From: Spirochaetia bacterium
GTDB lineage: Bacteria; Spirochaetota; Spirochaetia; SZUA-6; Bin103
Reading direction: 5' to 3'
Length of the DNA stretch: 64,000 nucleotides
Assembly: GCA_965208575.1 (NCBI GenBank)
Contig: CBDBOV010000005.1
Coordinates: 224,001-288,000, forward strand
The translations under genes and the position numbers were made by a program. The stretch's first letter is position 1; every line of letters starts with the position of its first letter. Positions 10,133-19,614 of the stretch are shown here, piece after piece. A model generated the notes under the pieces. It was not told the DNA's origin, ran no database searches, and saw only the letters and a program-made list of their open reading frames with translations.

Positions 10133-11185
10133 ATGCCAATAGGGAACGTCCGCTTTGATTTCGACGAGCACTTCGAGAGCCTTATTCACGACTGCGAGGG
10201 CGAATTCCGTTTCCCCGGCGGCACCGAAGCGGACGTGCGGGAGTGGCAGATTCCCTTCCGGGAGAGTCTGAGAAAGGTGCTGGGGCTGGAGAACATGGAG
10301 CGGGATCTGGCAGGGTTCGCGCCCGATGCGGAAATGGCGGACAGCGTCGACATGGGCACCTACGTCCGGGAGTCGTGGCGCGTCCGTACCGAGCCGACGG
10401 TGCCGCTGCCTTGCTACCTGCTGCGGCCCAAGGGCGCGCCGTCCAAGTTGCCGCTGGTGCTGACCCCGCACGGCCACGGCCATCCGCACGTCTACGTCGG
10501 GCTGTTCGACAGTCCTGAGGAGGAGGCGCAGATCAGCGAGGGCGAGCGCGACATCGCCGTGCAGGCGGTGGAGCAGGGCTACCTGGTGATCGCGCCCACC
10601 ACGCGCGCCTTCGGTGAGACCCGCTCGCCGACCGACGAGGAGACGGGCGCCGTCTCCTCCTGCCGGCTGCAGCTCATGCACGACCTGCTGCTCGGGCGCA
10701 CCCCGATCGGCGACCGCGTGTGGGACATGTCACGGCTGATCGACTGGGCCATCGCGCACCAGGGCGTGGACCCGGCGCGCATCGCCATTACCGGCAACTC
10801 CGGGGGCGGCACCGTGTCGCTGTTCGCGGCGGCCTGCGACACGCGCATCTCGGTGGCGGTGCCCGGCTGCTACTTCAACACCTTCGCCGGCAGCATCGGC
10901 TCCATCATCCACTGCGACTGCAACTACGTGCCCGGCATCCTGCGCCTCGGCGAGATGCACGACATCGCCGGCCTGATCGCCCCGCGCCCGTTCCTGGCCG
11001 TCGCCGGCCGCGACGACCCGATCTTCCCCGTCGCCCACACCCAGGCCGCCTTCGAGCAACTGGCACAGATTTACCGGGCAGCCGGCATGCCGGACCGCTG
11101 CGAACTGTACATCGGCAACGGCGGCCACCGTTACTACAAGGAACCCGTCTGGCCCTTCATCGCCGAGGCGTTCGGCTCGATATGA
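10133..11185 (+). CDS. Alpha/beta hydrolase (dienelactone hydrolase / acetylxylan esterase-like)
   Basis: PHGHG, nucleophile elbow GNSGGG, DDPIFP and GGHRYY catalytic Asp/His motifs. Confidence 0.88.
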   Translation: MPIGNVRFDFDEHFESLIHDCEGEFRFPGGTEADVREWQIPFRESLRKVLGLENMERDLAGFAPDAEMADSVDMGTYVRESWRVRTEPTVPLPCYLLRPKGAPSKLPLVLTPHGHGHPHVYVGLFDSPEEEAQISEGERDIAVQAVEQGYLVIAPTTRAFGETRSPTDEETGAVSSCRLQLMHDLLLGRTPIGDRVWDMSRLIDWAIAHQGVDPARIAITGNSGGGTVSLFAAACDTRISVAVPGCYFNTFAGSIGSIIHCDCNYVPGILRLGEMHDIAGLIAPRPFLAVAGRDDPIFPVAHTQAAFEQLAQIYRAAGMPDRCELYIGNGGHRYYKEPVWPFIAEAFGSI

Positions 11186-11365
11186 ACACGGCCGGGGAGA
11201 CGCCGAACCTCGTGCTGAGCGCGCGCACCTGGCGGACGTTGATCTGCCTCCTCCCACGGAGGATCTCCGTGAATCTCCCGACATGATCGGCAGCGGGGAA
11301 GATCCTCCGAACATCCACAAGCGAGTCGAAATCCGTGTGCTTCACGATTCGGTACCAAGCAGCAG
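11157..11365 (-). pseudogene. Collapsed higB-higA toxin-antitoxin relic (HigB fragment fused in frame to a HigA C-terminus)
   Basis: AAWYRIVKHTDFDSLVDVRRIFPAADHVGRFT (HigB-like) runs directly into EILRGRRQINVRQVRALSTRFGVSPAVFI (HigA HTH tail). Confidence 0.7.
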
Positions 11366-11470
11366 TATCTCAGAATGCGATTGCGGTCCAGGCTTGTGTG
11401 CGGAGCGCTGACAACGCCAATCAGCACTGCCACCGGTCAGCGCCCCATCCGACCGATACGCCAGGACCTC

Positions 11471-11799
11471 GCCCCGCGGGGAGAGGGACATTGAGGTGGC
11501 GCCGCGACTGGCGCTCTTACCCGGGCTGTGCCTGACGATTGTCGTGTACTGCCTCAACATGTTCGGCGACGCGGTGCGGGATCTGCTCGACCCACGGCTG
11601 CGGGGAGGTGGTGGTCGCCTGGGTGCGAGCGCCAGGCCAGCCGGCATATGACAGAGGGCTCAAGGGCGGTGCCGGACGCTATGGTGATCAAGGAGAGCGA
11701 AGCGACTCCGCGCGGCTGAGCAGCACCACCGACCGCCGTGGCCGCCGCGCATTGCCGGGGCGGTGGCGAAACGATAGAGTCGAAGGCGCCCAGGCTGCG
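11471..11799 (+). pseudogene. Remnant of the binding-protein/permease cassette: half terminator, dppC 3' end and downstream intergenic region
   Basis: GCCCCGCGGGGAGAGGGAC matches ~16383-16401; the remainder closely matches ~18162-18475. Confidence 0.85.
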
Positions 11800-11808
11800 G
11801 CCGTGACC

Positions 11809-13560
11809 ATGCTGACTGCCCACCCACGCATTCCCTACGGCGAGTCCGACTTCCAGCGCATCCGCCGCAACCGGTGGCTGTACGTCGACAAGTCCCGCTT
11901 CCTGCGCCGGCTGGAGGAGGAGCGCTACGTCTTCCTGATCCGCCCCAGGCGCTTCGGCAAGTCGCTGTGGGTGTCCCTGCTGGAGAACTACTACGACCGC
12001 TTCTGGGCCGATCGGTTCGAGGCCACCTTCGCCGGCACCGACGTCGGGCAGCACCCGACCGGTGAACAGAGCCGCTACGTGGTGCTGCGGTTCGACTTCT
12101 CGGCGGTCGACGACAGGCTGGAAACCCTGGAGCGGGAGTTCGAGACCTACTGCATGATAGAGCTCCGGGGAACGCTGGAGCGGCATCCCGACCTGTTTCC
12201 CGAAACGGCGCGGAAGCGCATCCTGGCGCCGCCTTCCATCGCCACCAAGCTTGCCGAGCTGTTTCGCTACGCGGGTGACCACGACATCGCGCTGTACGTG
12301 CTCATTGACGAGTACGACAACTTCGCCAACACGGTGCTCGCGCACCACGGCGCCGAGGCGTACCACTCATTCACCCACGGCGGCGGCTTCTACCGCAACT
12401 TCTTCGCCACCCTGAAAGCCGCCACGGCCCGCAGCGGCGGCGGCCTGGAGCGCCTGTTCATCATCGGCGTCTCCCCGATCACCATGGACGACGTGACCAG
12501 CGGCTTCAACATCGGCAAGAACATCAGCCTGCACCCGGACTTCAACGAGATGGTGGGCTTCACCGAGGAGGAGGTGCGGCGCCTGGTGGAGACCTACCGG
12601 GGGCGCGGCGTGTTCAACCAGGATGTCGAAACCGCCATGGGCATCATGGGGCAGTGGTACAACGGCTACCGCTTCGCCGAGGACGCCGACAACGATCTGT
12701 ACAACACCGACATGGTGCTCTACTACCTGGATCAGTCGATCCCGAATCGGCGCGTGCCGAAGTACCTGATCGATACCAACGTGCGCATCGACTACGGCAA
12801 GCTGCGCCACCTGCTGGTGGCCGGTCGGCAGTTGAACGGCAACTTCGACCTGCTGAGGAACGTCATCGGCGACGAGCAGGTGGATACCGACATCCAGCCG
12901 GGCTTTCCGCTGAAGGACCTCACCAGGCCGGAGAACTTCCTGTCGCTGCTGCACTACTTCGGGTTGCTGAGCATCCGCGAAGTGGTCGACGGCGTTCCCC
13001 GGCTGGCGATCCCGAACCAGACCGTAAAGCGGTTGATGTACGGCTTCCTGCGCGACGCCTACCGCGATGTGGAAGTGTTCTCGGTCAACCTGTTCCGATT
13101 CGAGCAGTTGATGATGGCGATGGCCAATCGGGGCGAGTGGCGGCCGGTGCTGGAGTTCCTCAGCGAGGCGATCGCGCGGCAGACGGGCATCCGCGACTAC
13201 ATCGCGGGGGAGAAAGTGATCCAGGGCTTCCTGGCCGCCTACCTGAGCGTGACCGGCTACTACGTGTTCCGTTCCGAGGCGGAGATGGGCAAGGGACATG
13301 CCGACATCGCGCTCGAGCCGCTGGTCGCGCGCTATCCGCACCTGCGGCGCGGCTACCTGATCGAGTTGAAGTATCTGAAGCGCTCCGAGCCGGCGGATCA
13401 GGCCGCGGTGACGGCGGCGGCGGCGGACGCGCGGGCGCAGCTTGCGCGCTACCTGGCCGACCAGCGTCTGGCGCGGCAGTTTCCGGGGGTGCGCTTCACC
13501 GGTCTGATCGTGGTCTTTCACGGCTGGGAGTTGGTGTTCTGCGACGCCGTGCCGGGCTGA
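11809..13560 (+). CDS. AAA-ATPase-like protein with C-terminal PD-(D/E)XK nuclease domain (PF09820 + PF08011 architecture)
   Basis: RIPYG..DF, YVDKS, Walker A RPRRFGKS, LIDEYD, WYNGYRF, IPN; C-terminal GHADIAL...LIELK. Confidence 0.9.
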   Translation: MLTAHPRIPYGESDFQRIRRNRWLYVDKSRFLRRLEEERYVFLIRPRRFGKSLWVSLLENYYDRFWADRFEATFAGTDVGQHPTGEQSRYVVLRFDFSAVDDRLETLEREFETYCMIELRGTLERHPDLFPETARKRILAPPSIATKLAELFRYAGDHDIALYVLIDEYDNFANTVLAHHGAEAYHSFTHGGGFYRNFFATLKAATARSGGGLERLFIIGVSPITMDDVTSGFNIGKNISLHPDFNEMVGFTEEEVRRLVETYRGRGVFNQDVETAMGIMGQWYNGYRFAEDADNDLYNTDMVLYYLDQSIPNRRVPKYLIDTNVRIDYGKLRHLLVAGRQLNGNFDLLRNVIGDEQVDTDIQPGFPLKDLTRPENFLSLLHYFGLLSIREVVDGVPRLAIPNQTVKRLMYGFLRDAYRDVEVFSVNLFRFEQLMMAMANRGEWRPVLEFLSEAIARQTGIRDYIAGEKVIQGFLAAYLSVTGYYVFRSEAEMGKGHADIALEPLVARYPHLRRGYLIELKYLKRSEPADQAAVTAAAADARAQLARYLADQRLARQFPGVRFTGLIVVFHGWELVFCDAVPG

Positions 13561-13572
13561 CAATCGACGGCC

Positions 13573-13722
13573 GTTGTGCGCTTGCCAATAGGGAACGTCC
13601 ACTTTCACTTCGACCAGCACTTCGCGAGTCTCATCCGGGAGTGCGAGGGCGAGTTTCGCTTCCGTGGGGGCGGGACGAAGTACGTACGGCAGTGGCAGAT
13701 ACCCTTCCGGGAGAGTCTGAGA
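13573..13722 (+). pseudogene. 5' fragment copy of the 10133 hydrolase gene (ATG changed to TTG), in frame with the PIN gene
   Basis: Aligns with 10124-10273. Confidence 0.85.
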
Positions 13723-13725
13723 CGC

Positions 13726-14151
13726 GTGCGGACCGTCCTTGATACCAACATCCTCGTGAGCGCCCTGATCTCCGGAGAAGGATCGCCGGGGCAGGTGCCG
13801 GCGGCGGTCAAGAGCCCGGGCATGACGTTGATCACGTCCCGGTTCCAGGTAGACGAATTGCGGAACGTTCTGGCGCGCGATCGGCTGCAGCCGTACACCC
13901 GTCGTGAGGAGGCCGACGGCCTCCTCTACCACCTGGAAGCGGTCGCCGTGGTGGTCGCGGAGTTGCCGGAGGTGAGCCTGTCGGCGGACCCGGACGACAA
14001 TCCGATACTCGCCGCCGCGATCGCGGGTGACGCCGACCTGATCGTGTCCGGTGACCGGGACCACATGCTGGCGATCGGGAGTGCGGACGGCATCCCGATC
14101 ATCACCGCGCGCGAGGCGGCCGACCGGTTCCGAGCAGGCAAGGAAGACTGA
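13726..14151 (+). CDS. PIN-domain putative toxin (TIGR00305-like), no adjacent antitoxin
   Basis: VLDTNILVSALI, ADPDDNPILAAAIAGDADLIVSGDRDH. Confidence 0.85.
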   Translation: MRTVLDTNILVSALISGEGSPGQVPAAVKSPGMTLITSRFQVDELRNVLARDRLQPYTRREEADGLLYHLEAVAVVVAELPEVSLSADPDDNPILAAAIAGDADLIVSGDRDHMLAIGSADGIPIITAREAADRFRAGKED

Positions 14152-14157
14152 GCACGA

Positions 14158-14534
14158 GAGCGCGCCGCTCGTTCAAGGTGACCTGTCGTTTCCGACGCAG
14201 AGTTGACTTGAGTTGCGGAGTCGTGATACGGTCGGAATCGGACGCAGGTCTCGACGCCCGCCGAGCGGTCGCGGGTCACCCGGCGCACAGGAGGAACCGG
14301 GTGCCACCCAAGAAGGAACCGGGTGCCACCCAAGAAGGAACGGGATGCCACCCCAGACCGGATACGACTGACAGGAACCCGGCAGCCAACGCCGCTCGCG
14401 TGGAGTCACCGCGCCGGCTCGAAGGCGAACGTGCCGCCCTCGCTTTCCGTAACCTGCGACCTGCAGGAATGCCTCGAGAGACGGCGAGGGGTCGGCACTG
14501 AATTACGTGCTCTCGAGGAACAGGAGACACATTC
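14158..14534 (+). promoter_or_regulatory. Long conserved leader of the binding-protein gene (copy 1): candidate promoter and structured RNA
   Basis: Near-identical to 20791-21124; TTGACT at ~14203; several stems; SD AGGAGA. Confidence 0.55.
14292..14354 (+). repeat. 22-bp tandem repeat (2 exact copies and 1 degenerate) within the leader
   Basis: AGGAACCGGGTGCCACCCAAGA at 14292 and 14314; single copy in the paralogous leader. Confidence 0.85.
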
Positions 14535-16352
14535 ATGTGCTACGCAACACTCAAGAAGTACCTGGCGGTACTGATTGGCTTCGCTGTGGCCGCGACCGGC
14601 CTGTCGGCCGCTCCCGCGGAAGAGGAGCCGGCAGCGGCGATGGAAAAGGAGATGGTGCTCGATCCGACGACCGGCAAGATGGTGACCGCGCCAGAGTATG
14701 GCGGGACATTGACCCAGGCCGCTGGCAGAGATCAGAAGGTTTTTGACACTTATTTGGCGTGGTCGCCGTTTCAAGTTAGCAGTGCCGTCGTGGAGAAGCT
14801 CGGCATCGTGGACTGGGGACTAAGTAGGGACGAATTTCACTTTAGGGGTGGCTACCCGGCGCCTCTATTCGCCCTGAAGGGGGCGCTGGCTGAAAGCTGG
14901 AATATGTCCCCGGACAGGCTCACCTATACCTTCAACATCCGCCAGGGCGTTCACTGGCATGATAAGCCGCCGGTGAACGGGCGGGAGCTAACTGCCAAGG
15001 ATGTAGAACATTCCTTTCACCGCTTCTTGGGAAATAGGTTGACAGGGACCGAGTTCAGTGAAGCCGAACCTGCCGTAACAGCAGGTGAGCTCGGCACAGT
15101 GCCATTCGAGTCGATAACGGCCACCGACGAATATACCGTAGTTTTCACGCTGAAGGAGCCCTACCTTCGTACCCCGAACATGATTCTGGACTGGCATACC
15201 ATCGTCATATATCCTCCCGAGGTAATCGAGGAAGACGGTGACGCTTCCAATTGGAGGAACCTGGTCGGCACCGGACCGTTTGAGCTGACTGACTATGTCG
15301 AAAGCGTCTCTATCACCTATACCAAGAATCCTGACTACTGGGGCTACGACGAGAAGTTCCCGGACAACCGCCTGCCGTACGTCGACGAGTTCAGGGTCCT
15401 GTTCATGGCGGAGGAAGCAACCCGTCTGGCGGCACTACGCTCCCGTAAAATTGATTACAGTGGTTACCACGGCGCCGGCACCATGATAAAATCTATCGAT
15501 GTGGCAGAGAGTCTCAAGAGAACCAATCCCGAGCTGGTGCTGAACGAGTATTCGGAACGGGCGGACAATGGTTTTATTTTCAACGTGAGTGAGCCGCCCT
15601 TTGACGACATCCGGGTGCGAAAGGCCATGAACATGGCACTGGACCACGAAACCATTAACAATACCTACTTCAAGGGTTATGGAGATATAACGCCCAGGGG
15701 GCAAATAGGGATGCCAGGTTTCCACGTCCCGTTTGACGAGTGGCCTCAGGAGGTCAAGGATGCCTATAGCTATAACCCTGAAGGGGCCGAGAAGCTGCTT
15801 GATGAAGCTGGCTATCCGCGCGGCGCCGACGGCATTCGATTCAAGACCGACGCAAAATTTCGTGACACCGAGGATGTTGGTTGGGTAGAAGCGGTCGCAG
15901 CCTACTGGAGTGAGATTGGCGTCGATGTGAGGCTCGATCCTCGGCCAGCTGATGCAGCATGGAACGCATGGTGGGCAGATCCTGAAAGGGAACAAGGGTT
16001 AGTCCACTACGCGTTCGGTGCGTTGTCTGATTCATACGATGCGATGTTGAGATTTACTCCGGCATTTCAATATAACCCAGCTAAATCCGACGACCCGGTG
16101 TTTAATGCGTTGTTCGAGAGAGCCAAGACCGCTACCACCTTTGAGGATCAGAGGGAGCCGATTCTGGAGATGGACATGTACTTCAAGAAGAGTGTCTGGG
16201 GTGTTCCCGGTCCTGAGGTTCCACAATTCAATGTCACCCAGCCGTGGGTCAAAGGGTACAACTCGGAAGGTGGCCTGGGGGGTTTGCAATGGTACGCCGT
16301 TTTCGCCCGCCTCTGGATTGACCAGGATTTGAAGAAAGAAATGGGTTTTTGA
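14535..16352 (+). CDS. ABC substrate-binding protein family 5 (DppA-like), paralogue 1
   Basis: Signal peptide, APEYGGTL, LAESW, GVHWHDKPPVNGRELTA, GTGPF, PFDDIRVRKA. Confidence 0.92.
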   Translation: MCYATLKKYLAVLIGFAVAATGLSAAPAEEEPAAAMEKEMVLDPTTGKMVTAPEYGGTLTQAAGRDQKVFDTYLAWSPFQVSSAVVEKLGIVDWGLSRDEFHFRGGYPAPLFALKGALAESWNMSPDRLTYTFNIRQGVHWHDKPPVNGRELTAKDVEHSFHRFLGNRLTGTEFSEAEPAVTAGELGTVPFESITATDEYTVVFTLKEPYLRTPNMILDWHTIVIYPPEVIEEDGDASNWRNLVGTGPFELTDYVESVSITYTKNPDYWGYDEKFPDNRLPYVDEFRVLFMAEEATRLAALRSRKIDYSGYHGAGTMIKSIDVAESLKRTNPELVLNEYSERADNGFIFNVSEPPFDDIRVRKAMNMALDHETINNTYFKGYGDITPRGQIGMPGFHVPFDEWPQEVKDAYSYNPEGAEKLLDEAGYPRGADGIRFKTDAKFRDTEDVGWVEAVAAYWSEIGVDVRLDPRPADAAWNAWWADPEREQGLVHYAFGALSDSYDAMLRFTPAFQYNPAKSDDPVFNALFERAKTATTFEDQREPILEMDMYFKKSVWGVPGPEVPQFNVTQPWVKGYNSEGGLGGLQWYAVFARLWIDQDLKKEMGF

Positions 16353-16370
16353 GCACGATCTAGCGCGTTG

Positions 16371-16409
16371 GTCCCTCTCACCGCCCCGCGGGGAGAGGGA
16401 CTTTTTTTT
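16371..16409 (+). terminator. Intrinsic terminator/attenuator between the binding-protein and permease genes
   Basis: GTCCCTCTC...GAGAGGGAC stem followed by T8. Confidence 0.8.
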
Positions 16410-16455
16410 CCGAACAAGCTGTGGCGTCCAGTCGAACGATGAGCAGTCATCCGAA

Positions 16456-17418
16456 ATGAGAGCCTACGTCATCAGAAGACTATTGCTCCTCATCCCTACG
16501 CTGTTGGTTTTGACCATCCTGGTCTTCCTGTCGGTCCGTTTCATCCCGGGTGATGTAATAGATGCGATGGCGGGTAGGATAGAAGCTCAAGGCGCGGGTG
16601 CGAATATAGACCGTGCAGCTGTCGAGCGGATGTTGGGATTGGACCAGCCCGTGTACGTGCAGTATGGGCGCTGGTTGGGAGGTATCCTGCTGCGCGGCAC
16701 CCTTGGCAATTCACTTTTGGGCGACTGGTCGGTGGAGGCGGCTATTTGGGACAGATTACCGCTGACTATTGAGCTTGGCGTTTTGTCCGTCGTCATGGGG
16801 TTGCTGATAGCAGTGCCGGTCGGCATCTACTCGGCGATGCGCCGCAATACCGCCGCCGACTACGTGGGGCGTTCGTTCGCCGTCATCGGCTTGGCAACGC
16901 CCAACTTCTGGCTGGCGCTGATGGTGATAATCTTCCCGGCCATCTGGTGGGGCTGGTCGCCGCCGATGGAGTATGTCCCTCTGGTCGAGGACCCGCTGGG
17001 AAATCTCGGCATCTTCATCATTCCCAGCCTGATACTGGGGACGGCCCTGTCTGCGGCCACCATGCGCATGACCCGCACCATGATGCTGGAAGTGCTCCGC
17101 CAGGACTATATCCGCACCGCCTGGTCCAAGGGTCTCAGGGAGCGTGTCGTCGTGGTGAGGCACGCCGTCAAGAACGCCCTCATTCCGGTCGTGAGCCTGG
17201 TCGGCCTGCAGCTACCTATCGTAGTAGGCGGCGCCGTAATCATGGAGAACATCTTCAATCTTCCGGGGCTGGGACGCCTGATGCTGATCGCCCTCACGGA
17301 GAGAGATTACCCGGTAGTCTCCGGCATCAACCTGTTTTTTGGCACTGCCGTGCTCACGTTCAACCTGTTGATCGATATCATCTATTCCTATTTGGATCCC
17401 CGGATTCGGTATCGCTAG
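16456..17418 (+). CDS. ABC permease (DppB family)
   Basis: MRAYVIRRLL, LGLDQPVYVQY, DYIRTAWSKGL, YLDPRIRY. Confidence 0.93.
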   Translation: MRAYVIRRLLLLIPTLLVLTILVFLSVRFIPGDVIDAMAGRIEAQGAGANIDRAAVERMLGLDQPVYVQYGRWLGGILLRGTLGNSLLGDWSVEAAIWDRLPLTIELGVLSVVMGLLIAVPVGIYSAMRRNTAADYVGRSFAVIGLATPNFWLALMVIIFPAIWWGWSPPMEYVPLVEDPLGNLGIFIIPSLILGTALSAATMRMTRTMMLEVLRQDYIRTAWSKGLRERVVVVRHAVKNALIPVVSLVGLQLPIVVGGAVIMENIFNLPGLGRLMLIALTERDYPVVSGINLFFGTAVLTFNLLIDIIYSYLDPRIRYR

Positions 17419-17419
17419 C

Positions 17420-18322
17420 ATGGACCCGACAAGGAGACAGTTTTCCCCGGGCCTGTTGCTGCGCAGGCTGGTGAAGGAGCAGCCGCTGGGCACGTTCGGG
17501 GGAGTGGTCGTACTGTTACTGGTTTTCGTCAGCATTTTTGCCGGTGTAGTGGCGCCGTATGAGCCGGCTGAAGTCCATTTGGCAGACCGGCTGACCAGCT
17601 CATCGAGCCGCTATCTCCTGGGCACCGATCATCTGGGGCGGGACCTGCTGAGCCGCCTGATCCACGGTGCCCGAATTTCGCTATTCGTCGGCCTGGCAGC
17701 GACTACGGTCAATGTCGTGGTGGCGGTGCTGATAGGCGCACCGTCCGGCTACTTTGGCGGGAAACTGGACCTGGCGGTGCAGCGCTTTGTCGATGCCTGG
17801 ATGGCCTTTCCGGGGCTGCTGATCTTGCTGACGATCATGTCCGTAGTGGGGCAGGGTTTGCCGCAGATCATCCTGGTCTTGGGGATCGCCGGGGGCATCG
17901 GCGGCTCCCGAGTCGTCCGAGGGGCCGTTATGGGCATCAAGGAGAATGACTATTTTCTGGCAGCCCAGGCGGTGGGCACGCCCACGCGCCACATCCTGAT
18001 CGGCCATGTGCTGCCCAATATCATACCGGTCGTCATCATCGTCTTCTCCATCAACATCGGAGGCGTGATCATTGCCGAGGCCAGCTTGAGTTTCCTGGGT
18101 TTCGGTCTGCCGCTGGAGATCCCGAGCTGGGGAGCCATGCTCAGCAGAGAGGGGCGCAAGTACATGGAGGTGGCGCCGCGGCTGGCGCTGTTACCGGGGC
18201 TGTGCCTGACGATTGTCGTGTACTGCCTCAACATGTTCGGCGACGCGGTGCGGGATCTGCTCGACCCACGGCTGCGGGGTAGTGGTGGTCGTCTGGGTGC
18301 GAGCGCCAGGCACACTGCCTAA
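17420..18322 (+). CDS. ABC permease (DppC family)
   Basis: LGTDHLGRDLLSR, HVLPN, EASLSFLG, GDAVRDLLDPR. Confidence 0.93.
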   Translation: MDPTRRQFSPGLLLRRLVKEQPLGTFGGVVVLLLVFVSIFAGVVAPYEPAEVHLADRLTSSSSRYLLGTDHLGRDLLSRLIHGARISLFVGLAATTVNVVVAVLIGAPSGYFGGKLDLAVQRFVDAWMAFPGLLILLTIMSVVGQGLPQIILVLGIAGGIGGSRVVRGAVMGIKENDYFLAAQAVGTPTRHILIGHVLPNIIPVVIIVFSINIGGVIIAEASLSFLGFGLPLEIPSWGAMLSREGRKYMEVAPRLALLPGLCLTIVVYCLNMFGDAVRDLLDPRLRGSGGRLGASARHTA

Positions 18323-18528
18323 TGACAGAGGGCTCAAGGGCGGCGCCGGACGCTCAGGGGATCAAGCAGAGCGAAGCGATTCTGCGCGGCTGAGCAGCAC
18401 CGCCGACCGCCGTGACGGCCGCGCCTTGCCGACGGCGGTGGCGAGGCGATAGAGTCGAAGGCGCCCAGGCTGCGCCCGTAGTCTTCCACGGCTGGGAGCT
18501 GCTGTTCTGCGGCGCCGTGCGGGGCTGA
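18323..18528 (+). pseudogene. Deletion scar of the AAA/PD-(D/E)XK gene: upstream region joined to its last ~50 bp
   Basis: 18323-18475 matches 11648-11799; 18478-18528 (VVFHGWELLFC..stop) matches 13510-13560. Confidence 0.85.
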
Positions 18529-18663
18529 GGCCGGAACGACGGCCATGCAACCGACCTATGGAAGTCCGAATGCAAGAACAGCTCCCGCCGGCACGATGCC
18601 GCCGAGCGTGCGGCCGGCGCCCTTAAGCGCGCGCCGCCGCCGACGCCTACGCTCAGTAGCCGG

Positions 18664-19098
18664 ATGGAAGCGGACCTGATCACAGACCCGACCGCCCGGC
18701 AGGTGGCGGAGGTGGAGCGCGGCCTGGGAGAGTATGACCTGCAGTTCCTGCCGGGACGCTCTGGCGTAGCGATCAAGGGAGTGCTCGTGGGGTCGGACCG
18801 GGTGGTAGCGGGCCTGTACGGCGAGATGTTCTGGGGGAAGATGCACATCCGCCTGTTGTGGGTGCATCCGGACCGCCGCCATAGGGGACTGGGGCGCAGG
18901 ATGATGACCTGGGCGGAGCAGCGCAGCCGGGAACTGGGTTGCTACGCGGTAGCCGTGGAGACGATGTCGTTTCAGGCTCCCGGATTTTACGCCGCGTTGG
19001 GATATCGGCAGATCGGCCTGTCGCAGGGCTACGAGGGGAACGCCTCCCGGCACTACTTCGACAAGGACCTTCTCGACAAGGATCTTGCTGATGAATGA
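18664..19098 (+). CDS. GNAT N-acetyltransferase
   Basis: LWVHPDRRHRGLGRRMM, ETMSFQAPGFYAALGY. Confidence 0.9.
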   Translation: MEADLITDPTARQVAEVERGLGEYDLQFLPGRSGVAIKGVLVGSDRVVAGLYGEMFWGKMHIRLLWVHPDRRHRGLGRRMMTWAEQRSRELGCYAVAVETMSFQAPGFYAALGYRQIGLSQGYEGNASRHYFDKDLLDKDLADE

Positions 19099-19594
19099 GT
19101 TCGACTTCGGCGAGCACTTCGCGCGTCTCATCCGGGAGTGCGAGGGAAAGTTTCGTTTCAGACGCGGTGCCGAAACGGGGTTGCGGCAGTGGCAGACTCC
19201 ATTCCGGCAGAGTCTGAAACGGGTCCCGGGAGTGGCGAACATGGAGCGCGATCTGGCCGGCTTCGTGCCCGACGCGGAGTTGCTCGACAGGGTCGACAAG
19301 GGCTCCTACGTGCGGGAGTCGTGGCGCATCCGCACCGAGCCGACCGTGCCGCTGCCGTGCTACCTGGTGGTCGCGCCCACCACGCGCGCGTTTGGCGACA
19401 CCCGCTCGCCGGGCCGCGACGACCCGATCTTTCCGGTCGCCCACACCCAGGCCGCCTTCGAGCAACTCGCCAAGGTCTACCGGGCAGCCGGCGAGCCGGA
19501 CCGCTGCGAGCTGTACATCGGCAACGGCGGCCACCGCTACTACAAGGAACGCGTCTGGCCCTTCTTCGCGGAGGTCTTTGGCGCTGTTCGCTGA
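19085..19594 (+). pseudogene. Internally deleted copy of the 10133 hydrolase (two in-frame deletions; catalytic Ser motif lost)
   Basis: Colinear similarity to 10133-11185 with jumps at PCYL|VVAP and TRSP|GRDD. Confidence 0.88.
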
Positions 19595-19614
19595 GGGCGG
19601 GGGAGGCCGGTGGA

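Noticed and set aside
14292-14354. 22-bp repeats as a mini-CRISPR
   Set aside because: The units are directly adjacent with no spacers, no cas genes are present, and the paralogous leader has a single copy.
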